DNA of 64,000 nucleotides from Phoronis australis (lineage: Eukaryota > Animalia > Phoronida), in NCBI GenBank assembly GCA_002633005.1, contig NMRA01000009.1:35484-99483 (forward strand). The letters are read 5' to 3'. Below are positions 12,134 through 24,723 of this stretch, piece by piece. The notes beneath the pieces are model-generated. The model saw nothing but the letters and a program-made list of their open reading frames with translations. It was not told the origin of the DNA and ran no database searches. The translations under genes and the position numbers were made by a program. Each line of letters opens with the position of its first letter. Position 1 is the first letter of the stretch.

Positions 12134-12682
12134 ATTTGTTTTATGCATTGTTTTCTACTGCACATTTGACAGCATGTGGCTTTGAAAATTTATTAAATAT
12201 TAAATCAAGACATTTTAGTAAATTAGATTCTGTATTGACATCAAATGAAATCATAACATTGAATCAACTGCGAACAACAGAATCTAATAGAAACACTAAA
12301 ATCTTCATGATTCACAGAAACCAAGATTACCAGTTATGACAACGTTTAAAGGCAGATTAGAACATGAAAAGATTAGCACTGAGTCATGAATATGACGTAA
12401 CAGAACCATCTATCAATACAAATTTCACAGCATGCTTACACCCAACTTCAACTATGGTATTTCAAAAGACCATCCACAAACATAAGAATTACTGACAGTT
12501 ACCGACATTATTGACACTTTACACCATCCTATTGCATTTTAAATTGAAAAATTACCACTAATTATTAGTTGATATAATCAGGTACCATTTGTCATATTGT
12601 AGAGATGGAGTCAAGGTTGTCTTCAGTAAGATTGTTGTGTGAGGACCAGTTATAGTTTACACATACTGTCATCTTTTAAAGG

Positions 12683-12720
12683 TCATGCTGAGGAGGCAGA
12701 TACATAGTACCACTTGTCAA
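12683..12720 (-). CDS. PPA1: Inorganic pyrophosphatase exon 10 (terminal)
   Basis: tttcag acceptor; (V)DKWYYVSASSA* has the conserved C-terminal VDKW. Confidence 0.9.
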
Positions 12721-13611
12721 CTGAAATATAAGAATTGACACCTGTCAGCATGTGTTTTAAAAATTCAAAACGAACACAAATATGTCACTACACAATGCTG
12801 TGAAGTGAAATGTCAACACAAAGTGTGGAATGGACTCAAATAAAGTTTTTCAAAATGTAAAACAAAACTCCCAACAGAATTTACCTTCATCTAGGGATGA
12901 AAAATAATCACCTGAAAATGAGAGGCAATTTATCATTATTAAAGCACCCCAGGGCGGTAATTAGTCCAGGTGAAAATTGTCAACTTCAAACTGTAATAAA
13001 GCAATGTACATCTCACTGAAGCAATTCATCAATTCCACCCAGTCTTTGGTGTTATCATGTGTAATTATCAACCCCCCAAATAATGAGACTCCACCTAGAG
13101 TTCAAACACGGAACCAGGCCATACTGCTTACATGAAAGTTGTCACCTTCCTTCGACACCATGGTTTTCTGTGTTAAAGGAAAACCATTGGAATTCATGGA
13201 ATCAACTTCTTTCAAAAAATTTTTTGTTTCAAATGGAAATTACAAACTTCAGTAGTAGATATGACAATTCTAATGTACCTTAGTTGTTAATTACCAAAAA
13301 TTAACAATGCAATACATCAAACTTGTTGCCAAAGACTAATCCCAGCCACAACTGGAACAGTCACTTTGAAGCAGATATAATCAAATTGTTGAACTTTCAT
13401 TTTGGAGGTGGCACTATTTTTGTTACAATTTAAAGAAACAGTAGAATGGAAAGAGTAAGCAAATCCCTAAAGCATTTTTATAAATTGGAAATAGTAAAAT
13501 GAAATAATTTTGACAATTTACAAAACAGATTGTTGGGCTTGCTACAACAGATTTCCTTGTTTTTAAAATGACAAAAAACAGTGTACCCAATTTCTTGTCA
13601 AACTTTTTGAG

Positions 13612-13791
13612 TTCAGTACAGAATAACAATGTAATGTTCAGCACAGAATAACAATGTAATGTTCAGCACAGAATAACAATGTAATGTTCAGCACAGAATA
13701 ACAATGTAATGTTCAGCACAGAATAACAATGTAATGCTCAGTACAGAATAACAATGTAATGTTCAGCACAGAATAACAATGTAATGTTCAG
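13612..13791. repeat. 25-bp minisatellite, ~7 copies
   Basis: unit gttcagcacagaataacaatgtaat. Confidence 0.95.
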
Positions 13792-14066
13792 TTATCCCTG
13801 AGTGCACTAATCACACTTGACATTTACAAATAAGCTGGGATTAAGTGGCAATTTTATCAAAAAGTTGTATTTTTTCAACACAAAACCATAACAAAGGGTA
13901 TTTCGTGGATTAAAGAAATTTTGAAAATGTATTTCATAGGCCAGCTGAATTATACAGTTTAGACTGTTAGGATCCCACAAGATGTCAGCACCTGAATATG
14001 AGCTCTCATACTTCTACAAGTAACCAGTGGCAGCATGCTATCTAACTACAAACAGAAGATACATAC

Positions 14067-14106
14067 CCTCAGAGGAGATGGCCGCTGCTGGTCCTGCAGC
14101 CGATGA
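14067..14106 (-). CDS. PPA1: Inorganic pyrophosphatase exon 9
   Basis: tttttcag / G|GTATGT; SSAAGPAAAISSE; phase 0 to 1 fits neighbours. Confidence 0.82.
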
Positions 14107-17100
14107 CTGAAAAATAGAGAAAGGCAATACTTAGTGTAACATAGCTGGCCAAGCTTGTTGATGTGCGAAATGTTTACTGTTTACATACATACTTGAAATA
14201 AACTAAAGTGTCACTGAAGTGTAACAGTTACACTGTAACCTGGACTGGGTGATATTGACCAAGCTTGTCTCCAATCTTGAACTATGTGCGAGACTAAATA
14301 GAGTAGAGTTTCTTTCAATTCGTACACAATATGGTGAAACAGTTAAAGTTTATTTTATCAGAGTTTTCAACAAGAGTAAACAAGAAGAGAATTTTACTTG
14401 AAAATTGTAAAAAGTATGGCTGTCATCAACAAATGCAAGATGGAATTATGAAAATTTTTGTCAATATGGAGAGAGTCTGAAAAATGAAAACTTTGGCCGT
14501 TAATGTTAAGTACAAATTTAGGAACTTTACTGCACACACCAAAAATACCAACTTAGTAAAACCTCTTTGAGATGGTGATGCTGTAACTTTATTTTCAAAA
14601 TCTGTTGGTCTATGCAAGTGTAAATATCACAATACATTTAAGAAACGATGACAAAAATATTGGACAAAATTCTGTTTCCCTATCCTGACTCGGCTATATT
14701 GTTTACAGTGAATTATTTTAAAATCAGCTGCCATAGCAGACATTCCATCAACAATGAGTCATTGTTATGCAATGTAATAGCTGAAAGTAACAGTGACAAT
14801 ACGTGCCAAAAATATTCAGAAAGAAAGACCCAAAATTCCTCGTCATGATGGCCTGGTCATGATGGCCAGGCAGACGGTGACTTCATCATAAGAATAGTCT
14901 TCAATGATGGCAGAGAATGAAGGGAAATTAAAGGAAAATTAGAAATGTGCCTAAGTTATTGTGTAATCAAAATTTTACCGCTACAATTTCCATTACCAGT
15001 CATTTCTGCTATTAACATAATCAGCCCTCATGACAGGGAAACAGAACTATGTCTGAATACTATAGTCCTGTACTGTATTCAAGTTAATTCATTGAATGTA
15101 TCAGCAGTTCACCCATGTTATCGTGAAATAGAAAACCCCAAATGACAAAATAGTAAGGTGAAGGTAAAACAAGGTTAAGAAAGTAGGGACAACCGTGAAC
15201 TAGGTTCAGAATCTAATCTTCAAACTCAGACTAGACTCTGACTCGAAAATTAACACATCACATCGGATTTGAGTACACAGTTTTAAACTTACCACATGTC
15301 GTGTGTCATGCCAACAGGCAATTTTCGAGTCTAATTTCTAGTACACAGATTAGACCATAGAGGGCAGGACCTGGACTTTGAGGAAACTAACTGCCCAATC
15401 ACATCTGAGAACCCATGAGCAAAAGTAGCCATTTAATGTACATTTAGCAAAAAAAACAAATGTATTCTCATTGAATTAACTCTAATGAATTTCACTGGAT
15501 CAATGGGTCTAACATAAAACTGGAATCATATAAAACTGGAATCATATAAAACTGGAATCATATAAAACTGGAATCTCATCAGTGCTTTCAGATTTGAATA
15601 TATTTTTGTCAAAATTGAAGGACAAGGGAAGATAAATGTTAGTGTATGTTTAGGCATCAGACATCAGTAACTGTAAAACTGAAAAAATAATATTTATTTT
15701 ACAAATATAAATAGTTCAAGGATTTCACTAAAAGATGAGGCACCATGGTACTTTTACGCTGAAATATTTTTGAGTTGCAAATGGTTCCCACCAGGCCCCT
15801 CCCACCTTGCACGTTCACCTCTGTATGTCGATATGAATGGGTTTCAACTGATTACGCATACATAAAGATTTAAAATAAAACATTACAATGCAAAGATGAG
15901 GCTTAAGCAGTACATCGTCTCGCCCAGTTGCTCTTTGACTAGTTAAACTCATGCTATCTAATTGGTAAAACTTTAAGGAATTTGTTGGTCCTGACTAAGC
16001 TGCCACATGACTCTGTGATCACTTCATGTCTACAGGGACAAGTGTGTGAGACTGCGAGGTGTAAGATTATCATGGCGCATTGCATAGTTAGTCTAAGCAC
16101 TGAACCTCCACGGATTACATGGACAACAACAACTATATACACAGTAATGAACGTCACATTTGGAAAACTCAGAAACAGTATACAGNTACAAACGAGAGAG
16201 AGGACTTGCTTGGTATTATAAAGCAAAAAATGAAACATGGTTTTTAGTTTGCAAATCACTCCAAATGCACACACTATCCAGCCTGCTCAAGACATGCCTG
16301 ACCACAAGCTATCCCATGAGCCTTCGCGAAGGAAGTAACTCGCACATGCGCAATGCGTAGTTCGTCTGCGCTGCAAATCCGCTATTGGTAAACTTTAAGG
16401 AATTTGTTGGTCCTGACTAAGCTGCCACATGACTCTGTGATCACTTCATGTCTACAGGGACAAGTGTGTGAGATTGCGAGGTGTAAGATTATCATGGCGC
16501 ATTGCATAGAGTTAGTCTAAGCACTGAACCTCCACGGATTACATGGACAACAACAACTATATACACAGTAATGAACGTCACATTTGGAAAACTCAGAAAC
16601 AGTATACAGAATGTCACTATTTCATGTTTTGCAGCTAAATTAAATGTCCTCCATACATAAAAACTTACATTAGTATGTAACAAATCATCAATGTTTTGTA
16701 TAAATTTTGAGTAACTAATAACCATTCAACAGAATTTCATTTTTGCCTCACTTGCTGCCAGATTTCCATGAAATTGAAAATAACAGAAGACAAGGACCTG
16801 TCACAAGAGTAAGAAATGCGAGGCAAGGCGTCAGTCAAATACAAAGTTACAAAAACTTTCACACCCGGTATTCTATAGAAATATAATTTTCACGCTCAGT
16901 TGACCAGAAATGGAATTTTAGTGAAATGAAAATGCGATGACTTTACAGAGAAATTACAAGCTATACAACTGCCGGAGACAACTAGCTGCCTGGTTATTTG
17001 GATATGTGCTTGCATACAATTCAACAGCAAAGAAGGGGAAATCAGAGATATAAGATCAATGTCTCGGTATTATTGTAATGATCTAATTACTTTGCAATGA

Positions 17101-17167
17101 ATTTGGTGAATGTCTTTCTTACTTCAATATGAGAACATTTTAGACAAAAAACCATTTTATCTATAAT

Positions 17168-18780
17168 ATACAAGAGCAACACAGAGCGTTGAAATATGCC
17201 CACGAATGCACCACAAACGGTGTGCTTCTAGGGGCAATTATTTGGAATATAAAAATGGCCACTAATTGGCGCAAAATATGTCAAATCCATCCAAAAACTT
17301 GTATGTGTCATCAAAACTATTTAGCAAATTTCATAAAAATCTGTCAATGAACTTCTAAAAAACTGAGGAAAATGAAAAAAATGAAAATGCCACTAGGAGG
17401 TTATAGGCGCAAAAAACATAACTGCCACTAAGAAGTGACACAGCACATGAAGTCGTCGCAAAATCATCGTCAGACTTCCTCTTAACATCAGGAACATACA
17501 TGTCAATTTCCACAATCATCCTTAGAGTGGTTTGGTTGATAGAGGGGGAGACACCAAATAACAAGACTCGAAAACAGTAAAAAATGGCCACCAAGGCGTG
17601 CAAAATACCAGGAATCAAAACGAAAACCAGAGGATAGAGTCAACTCACAAATAGATGCCTATCTATCAAATTTTATGAAAATCCGTTGAGGACCTTTGAA
17701 AGGGAGTAAAATTAAAAACTTCTAGGGGGCACACCGGAAGTCCGATCCATCCGAAAGTCGTCATCGTTTGTTGTCAAGTTCATATAAATACACTTGCTAA
17801 ATTTAATAAAGATCCTGCAGAGGGTTTTAGGAGATGCAGCCATGGGCGTGAAAATGCGGCCACTAGGAAGCATCACAGTTGTCGAGGCTGTCGGAAAATC
17901 ATCGTCAGTTCTCCTCTTCACATTAGGAACATACATACCAATTTCCACAATCATCCTTAGAGTGGTTTGGTTCACAGAGGGGCAGATGCCAAAAAACAGA
18001 ATCGAAAACAGTATAAATGGCCACTAGGTAGCGCAAAATGTCTCAAGTTTAACCGAAAACCAGATGATAGCGTCAACCCACTAATAGATGCCGATCTGTC
18101 AAATTTTATGACAATCCATTGACTACCTTTGAAGAAACAGATGTGAACGTAAAAAACTAATATTGCCACTAGGAGGCACCATGGTAGTACGATCCTTCCG
18201 ACAGTCGTCGTCCTTTGATGTCAACTTCATATAAATACACCAGCAAAATTCAATAAAGATCCTGTAAAACGTTTAGGAGATACAGCCATAGGCGCAAAAA
18301 AAAAAAAAAAACGCCACTGGTAGGTGTCACAGTAGTCGAAGTCGCCCTCTTCACAATAACAACATACAGCTCAGCATGTGCCAATTTTCAAAATCATTCC
18401 TTTAGAGCGGTTTGAGTGATAGAAGGGCAGACACCGAAAACAGTAAAAAAGACCACTAGGTGGCGCAAAATACCTCGAATCAGTTTGAAAACGAGAGGAT
18501 GGCATCATCTTGCTAATAGATGTCTAATTGCACAATTTTATGAAAATCTGTTGAGGACCTCCAAAGATACAGAAGCATAAAAAAACTAAGATTGCCACTA
18601 GGGGGCACACCGGTAGTCAAAGAGGTCCGAAATTTGTCGTCATTCGTCGCCAGCTTCATAGCGGCACATTTACCACATCTCAAGATCCTGTGAAAGGTTT
18701 AGGAGATACAGCTGCGGACGCCGGACACCCAGACAGAGATGATGGCAATATGCGACCACCAATATGTGGGTGCACAAAAA
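17168..18780. mobile_element. Helentron/HINE-like non-autonomous element with internal ~145-bp tandem units
   Basis: starts acaagagc, repeated ccactagg / aaattttatgaaaatc units, GGAC/GACA-like tract and short hairpin before an A-run at the end. Confidence 0.7.
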
Positions 18781-19087
18781 TTAAACATCGAAATATAATT
18801 TCTGACCAGTTCATTTGGTACAGGAACTTTGTTTTCAGCTCGCGACTGGAATGTAAACGGTCCTTAATGCAATTCAAGTCTTGTTTCTCAAAGAAATTAA
18901 TATTCAAAAATCTATATCAAGAATGGCCTGTACCTTCAAAGTTAAACATCTCTCCCTCGAGATTGGATCATTTTTCAGGAAGTTACTTCAATAGACACTA
19001 ACTAGAGCAGAGAGCAGGACAGGGGTGTGGATCTCATAAGACTTGATTCCCCATTCACAACACGGTACGTGAATAAGTGCAACTTAC

Positions 19088-19157
19088 TTGTTGCGCTATG
19101 CCATCTGCTTCACTCTGGTCCACCTTGTATGGACTACTGGACACTGTCACATTTTTA
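19088..19157 (-). CDS. PPA1: Inorganic pyrophosphatase exon 8
   Basis: tgcag / GTAAGT; (C)KNVTVSSSPYKVDQSEADGIAQQ. Confidence 0.88.
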
Positions 19158-19765
19158 CTGCAAGTATACATACAATATTAACAAGAAGTGCTACAAAGTA
19201 AATAACTTTAAACAACACAGTAGCTGCCATTTTCTGTTATAGTGCGAACATAGTAAGATCTGCCCAATCACGGGATGACAAGAGCATACTTGGAGGATGA
19301 CGTTTGGCGCCACCTGCAGTTCAGTCTGATTTGGATGGATATTTCAGGCAGTGGGATTTCACAGCCTTTTTATACATTCTTTACAATCATCATGCTCTCA
19401 TAATGTATGTTACATGTTTGGCATAGAAACTTATATAATAATCTCTAAACTTAAAGTACTTATGAATACTTTCCTTAACTGCATAAAGCATTAAGAGAAC
19501 CAAGTTTCACTTAAGCACCACAAACATAAATGTAATGCACACAAATGTCCCGTAACTGTGATAGGCTATTCAAGTCCATCTGCCATAACGGAACCATTTT
19601 GAAATAATAATTTAACCGCAGCTAATTAACATATTGTCCGACTGTGACTACAGGTGGCATGATATATCAATAGTATGTTGTTTTTAATCACAAAACAAAC
19701 AACAGTTTTTGAAGACATGAAAATAGAGATCATATGGCCCCTGCTAACTAATTGTCCCTAGTTAC

Positions 19766-19854
19766 CAGTCCATGCCATGCGTGTCATCCACTTTTTTGTC
19801 CACTAAAGCCTTCCACTGTTTGTTGGTTTCATCAACGATATCTTCAGCAAATTC
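19766..19854 (-). CDS. PPA1: Inorganic pyrophosphatase exon 7
   Basis: tgcag / GTAACT; EFAEDIVDETNKQWKALVDKKVDDTHGMD. Confidence 0.93.
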
Positions 19855-20280
19855 CTGCAATACGACACCACATCATTCAAACGTTTGAAAAATATTCAAT
19901 ACATTTAATTTTGGGAGGACAGTACCCTTAACCTGTCTGTACGCCTACAGGAGAACAAAAGGACTGTCAACACTGTACAGCTAACTCAATGACAGTTTGT
20001 AATCTGTCAGTAGTTAATCTATGTCAGTAGTGTTCACTTATTGCCACACACATACACAAAAATTAGTCCTTCCTATTTGAAAAACAAAACATTACGAAAC
20101 ATAATATGATCCATGAAATCACATGTAGGACTAGAGCACGTTCACCAAAACACGTCTTTCTACAACAGTGCTTAATACAAACATGACCACAAAAGGACTT
20201 TTAATGACGAGGTAACACTACTTAATGACAAGGTAACACTACTTAAGTGAGCTATCAGCACACACACCCTCCAGCCTTAC

Positions 20281-20367
20281 CCTGCCCTTGGCTTGTCCAT
20301 TGAAAGCAAACTTGTTAGCTGGTTTGCCATCAGGTATTTTGTAAATTGTAAACCACTCCACTGTTGC
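20281..20367 (-). CDS. PPA1: Inorganic pyrophosphatase exon 6
   Basis: [29 protein letters not shown] with YKxPDGKP motif; tag / GTAAGG. Confidence 0.96.
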
Positions 20368-20775
20368 CTACAAAACAAAATGTCATTGCAACATTCAGTT
20401 ATTGTGGGCCTACTGAAGAGCAATTTATAGACTCAACTGAATATTACACTATGGTTAAGAGTGACTGCACGAAAACATCAGGAAAAAGTGGGAACATGAC
20501 AAGTGACAGATTGATGGAAGAATTAGTAACTGAAATGTTTTTAGTTTCTAGCATGAATCTGACTACCCTAGGTTAGTACAGAATACGCAAAACATTACTC
20601 AAAATTTCATTGCACGTCCCTCATTTCAAACAGCTTTTCTCCTTGGCTCTAAACGCTGTCACACTGAGAATGTAGCTACATTCAAGTACATGTGTACTGA
20701 GTTGGCAACATTCCACAGAAAAAAGACATACCACATCTGAAAGAGGGTACCTTGATGATTTATCAGTTCATGTAA

Positions 20776-20903
20776 GGATTTCCATGGATGGTAACCTGTG
20801 CACTCGGTGGCCATCTACAAGGATTTCCATGGATGGTAACCTGTGCACTCGGTGGCCATCTACAAGGATTTCCATGGATGGTAACCTGTGCACTCGGTGG
20901 CCA
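20776..20903. repeat. 45-bp minisatellite, ~3 copies
   Basis: unit aggatttccatggatggtaacctgtgcactcggtggccatctaca. Confidence 0.95.
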
Positions 20904-21764
20904 TAGACTAAACATTACCACTGTTACCCAATGTCCTCTGGACTATGCGTCAACCGGAATTCTCACAGTGCAATAACTAAAATTGATTATCAGATGGTAA
21001 ACAAACTTGAACAGGATAAATCCTGTGGATGTTAACCTTGTGCTGGAAGCAAACCATTATTAGTGAGAAATTCAACATTTGGGAGCTTTTGAAAAAACGC
21101 AGTGCCACTTGATGTTGGATTTCATTTTCTCAAATCACACACTATTTCCATGTACATTTATCAAATACACCACAACTGTTGGCAATTTTTTAACTTTAAA
21201 ATTAGCATGACATTGGATGATAGGAATAGCGTCTACAGACCAAGACTAGGCTAGGCGAGGTGCTTTACCCCATACGGTCTCTAATGACACCTCAAAGGAA
21301 TCCTAGGGGGCAACTTAGCTTATTGATAAGGGGATTTCAACTGTCACTGTGAGAAATTAGTTGGCCTACAATTACTTCCACCAGATAGGTTTAATACATT
21401 GGAAACACAAAAGGTGTCACAACGGTAATGTGCCGTCTGCAGGTGATGGGGGGTGAGTGGGCTGTTATTTGAAAACAGAACATATAAGTCACGGTTTATG
21501 CGCCTCTTTTTGGCATTATTTATCTCTTCATGATATTTTGGATTTGCTGGATCTACACAAATGACAGTGGGCTTGAAATTTCAAAAGCTGTTGATATCTA
21601 GACATATCTGATTTTGTTCAATTGGATGTTACCCAAGATTTTGATGAGGCCTCTAAATTGAGCTACATCCACTTGGGCTCATAATTGGTGGAAGTGGTCA
21701 ATGAAAACAAAACATGGGTAATTTAATTACTTGATATGTGATTTACGTTAACTTTCTGTGGTGA

Positions 21765-21889
21765 ATTAAGATGCATCAATATTAAGATGCATCAATATTA
21801 AGACGCATCAATATTAAGATGCATCAATATTAAGATGCATCAATATTAAGACGCATCAATATTAAAATGCATCAATATTAAGATGCATC
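21765..21889. repeat. ~16-bp tandem repeat
   Basis: unit attaagatgcatcaat. Confidence 0.9.
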
Positions 21890-21974
21890 AGAAATAATGT
21901 AAAATGACATATATTGTCAAAATATACCATCGAATCATCTGTAAAGTATGACACAAGAGATATCATTTGACTAC

Positions 21975-22142
21975 CTTGAGCAAACCAGGCATATTTTTTT
22001 CTATGTCAGCCAAGTCATTAAGCTGATCAGCCAGAGGATCAGTGACATCTATTGCAAGGATCTTCCAATCTGTTTCCCCCTCATCAATGAGTGCAACTGT
22101 GCACAGGGCTTTCACCTGGACTACATCACCCTGCGAGTGCAC
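21975..22142 (-). CDS. PPA1: Inorganic pyrophosphatase exon 5
   Basis: [56 protein letters not shown] with catalytic DEGETDWK. Confidence 0.97.
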
Positions 22143-22678
22143 CTACATCATGGAAAGAAGGCACATTAAAGGTCAAAAGAGAAATTACATTTGTTACACT
22201 CATATTTTAGACATTTATTTTTAATTCCTTATGACTGCTGACCACAATCTGGCCGCAAGGGAGAAATCCATATGTGTCCAACATGTGCCTTACATGGTGA
22301 TTGAAATAACACATAAACTACTTGTTCGTAGAGTTAAAATGATTTTTCAGTGGGGAACATCATACTAATTCATTTGTAGAGTAAAATTTATGTTGACTGC
22401 TGATGACAGTCATTAAAATCCACTACATCATTAACTATGACTGAGGTGTGTTCAGGTAACCAATTAGATCAACTTGAAATTCCACCATCTTGTGCAGGAT
22501 TAGGCGAGCATCGAGACAACATATCTACAAGTTGTGACAAGGAGCAAGTTGTCAAGTTGTCACACAATGCATGTTCTACAGATGGCTCACAACCGTTTAG
22601 TTGATAATCACTTCCTAACTGACACTGATGCTGCCCTCATGTGCTTGAACAAGTTGAAGTACCACAGGAGGGGGGGGG

Positions 22679-22851
22679 GAGTTAACAGTCCAGCTGGACT
22701 CGGGAGTCAATAGTGCAGCTGAACTCAGGACTCAACAGTCCAGCTAGAAACGGGAGTCAACAGTCCAGCTGGACTCGGGAGTCAACAGTCCAGCTGGAAT
22801 CGGGAGTCAACAGTCAAGCTGGAATCGGGAGTTAACAGTCCAACTGGACTC
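22679..22851. repeat. ~25-bp minisatellite
   Basis: unit gagtcaacagtccagctggactcgg. Confidence 0.9.
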
Positions 22852-23039
22852 AATTTGTGACATCATCAGTAATATCTTTTCATGTAAGCAAATATTGAGA
22901 GTAGCAATGCATAGTTTTCAACAATATTTGGAGATTACAATTTTTGAAAAAGAATTCCTGACATTACCTTAAATAAATTCTGAAATTCCATGCACGCCAA
23001 CCTTCAAACTCTACTAAAGTACAGCTGAGTATAACTCAC

Positions 23040-23126
23040 CTTTTGTCCAATTTCACACACATCAATAGGATCTCCATCCCCTTTACAACCAGTGTGACTG
23101 TCAATCAACGAAGGATTCTCCCACGT
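23040..23126 (-). CDS. PPA1: Inorganic pyrophosphatase exon 4
   Basis: [29 protein letters not shown] with family-I DxDPxD signature; cag / GTGAGT. Confidence 0.97.
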
Positions 23127-23393
23127 CTGGCAAAACACCAGAATATAGCAATAGAGATATGAAACAAATACGCATGAAATAGTATGTACTCCCTGCCTTA
23201 TTGATCATGTCAAAAATGAATAATTCTAACTATTGTTTAGACTGGTTTATAGAATTGGTCAATTGGGGCCAAGTGGAATATGCAAACCTGCAGAGGTGTT
23301 TTTGCTTGCCAACATGTTACTTGGCAACAGCAATTTTATACAACAGCATTAACCTGGGAAACCAAAATAACAAAAGTTATTCATGCTTTCTGG

Positions 23394-23532
23394 CACACCT
23401 CAACCCATGTGCATTGGATTGATACGCACCTCAACCCATGTGCATTGGATTGATATGCACCTCAACCCATGTGCATTGGATTGATATGCACCCCCATGTG
23501 CATTGGATTGACATGCACCCACCATGAGCATT
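23394..23532. repeat. ~31-bp minisatellite
   Basis: unit cacctcaacccatgtgcattggattgatatg. Confidence 0.9.
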
Positions 23533-23840
23533 GCAAATCGCAAAGGGTGTTCATTTTTACAAACATTTCTGTACACTAGAGTGAGAAATCCTATTGAAAT
23601 TAAAATTGAGTGAACAGGTTGCAGTGCTAGTCATCCAGTCATTGACAAATGAAATTAAGGAGATCAATGAAACGAAAACTAAAATTACCACTAGGAGGTG
23701 CTGCAGCAGTCAGTGTTATAAAATAATCAGTTGTGCTCACCTTTATAGCAACTTATCTGTCATGATTATTTTTCAAATGGTTGAGCTGATAGAGAGGCTG
23801 ATACCATAAGTGAATACTAAACTAACAAAGTTGCCACTAG

Positions 23841-24353
23841 CAGGGCTTGGAATGACCCATGACAAAAAAGCGGAAATTTTTACGTTTTACAGCCCTAAAC
23901 ATACACGCACCCAGCCTTGAAAATGGGGGGCTCGAAATTTTGTTGATGTGGACCTTTTGCCAATAAAACATCAGGACTAAAAAAAAGGGACCACCACCAG
24001 AAGCGTGCATCTACGTCTGTTTAGCTTGTCCGTCCACTCCCACCTCCACACATTTTTGGCTGCAGAGTCGTAATATTTCTCACTGCGGTTTACAATCTCA
24101 CGAGACGCCATTGAAGAAAACCACGCTATCCCAGGTGCCCCAGCAATGATGACAATTTACATTCCTCCGAAACATAAAGAGCAACTTCCGCTTTTTGAGG
24201 TGAAAGTGGTAGCAACGCTGCAGTAAGAAAGAAATTTGCCACGGAAATTTTATATCAAATCCGATTTTTTAACGTGGAAATATAATAAAATACGTGGACA
24301 GAACATTTGAAAAAGGCGTAAATCCGCGTTTCCGCGGAAAATTCCAACCCCTA
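23841..24353. mobile_element. MITE with CAGGGCTTGGAAT/ATTCCAACCCCTA TIRs and 6-bp TSD cactag, nested in HINE-like repeat
   Basis: cactag at 23835-23840 and 24354-24359; related left end at 63874-64000. Confidence 0.8.
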
Positions 24354-24723
24354 CACTAGGAGACACAGCACAATACCGAACTGTCCAAAAACAAAAAAAA
24401 GCTGTTCTCTCTTGGATCAAGAGTTTTCTTCCAAATTTTATGAAGATCCTTCCTCACACTTGTCAGATTTTGACACAAATGCTAAACCCAAAACTACCAG
24501 TAGGTGACATGACAGCACTCAAAACTGCCCAAAATATTCAATGTCAGCTACGTTTTGACCTACGGAAGCCCATTTGCCAAATTGCATAACAAAAGATAGC
24601 AATCTAATTTCACAAGCATCCTTCACGAAACATTGTAAATTTGAGGCACGCACAAAAAATAAAACTGCCACTAGGGAGCAAAGCAGTATTAGGATACATC
24701 CGAAAATCAGTCAGTTATGCTTA

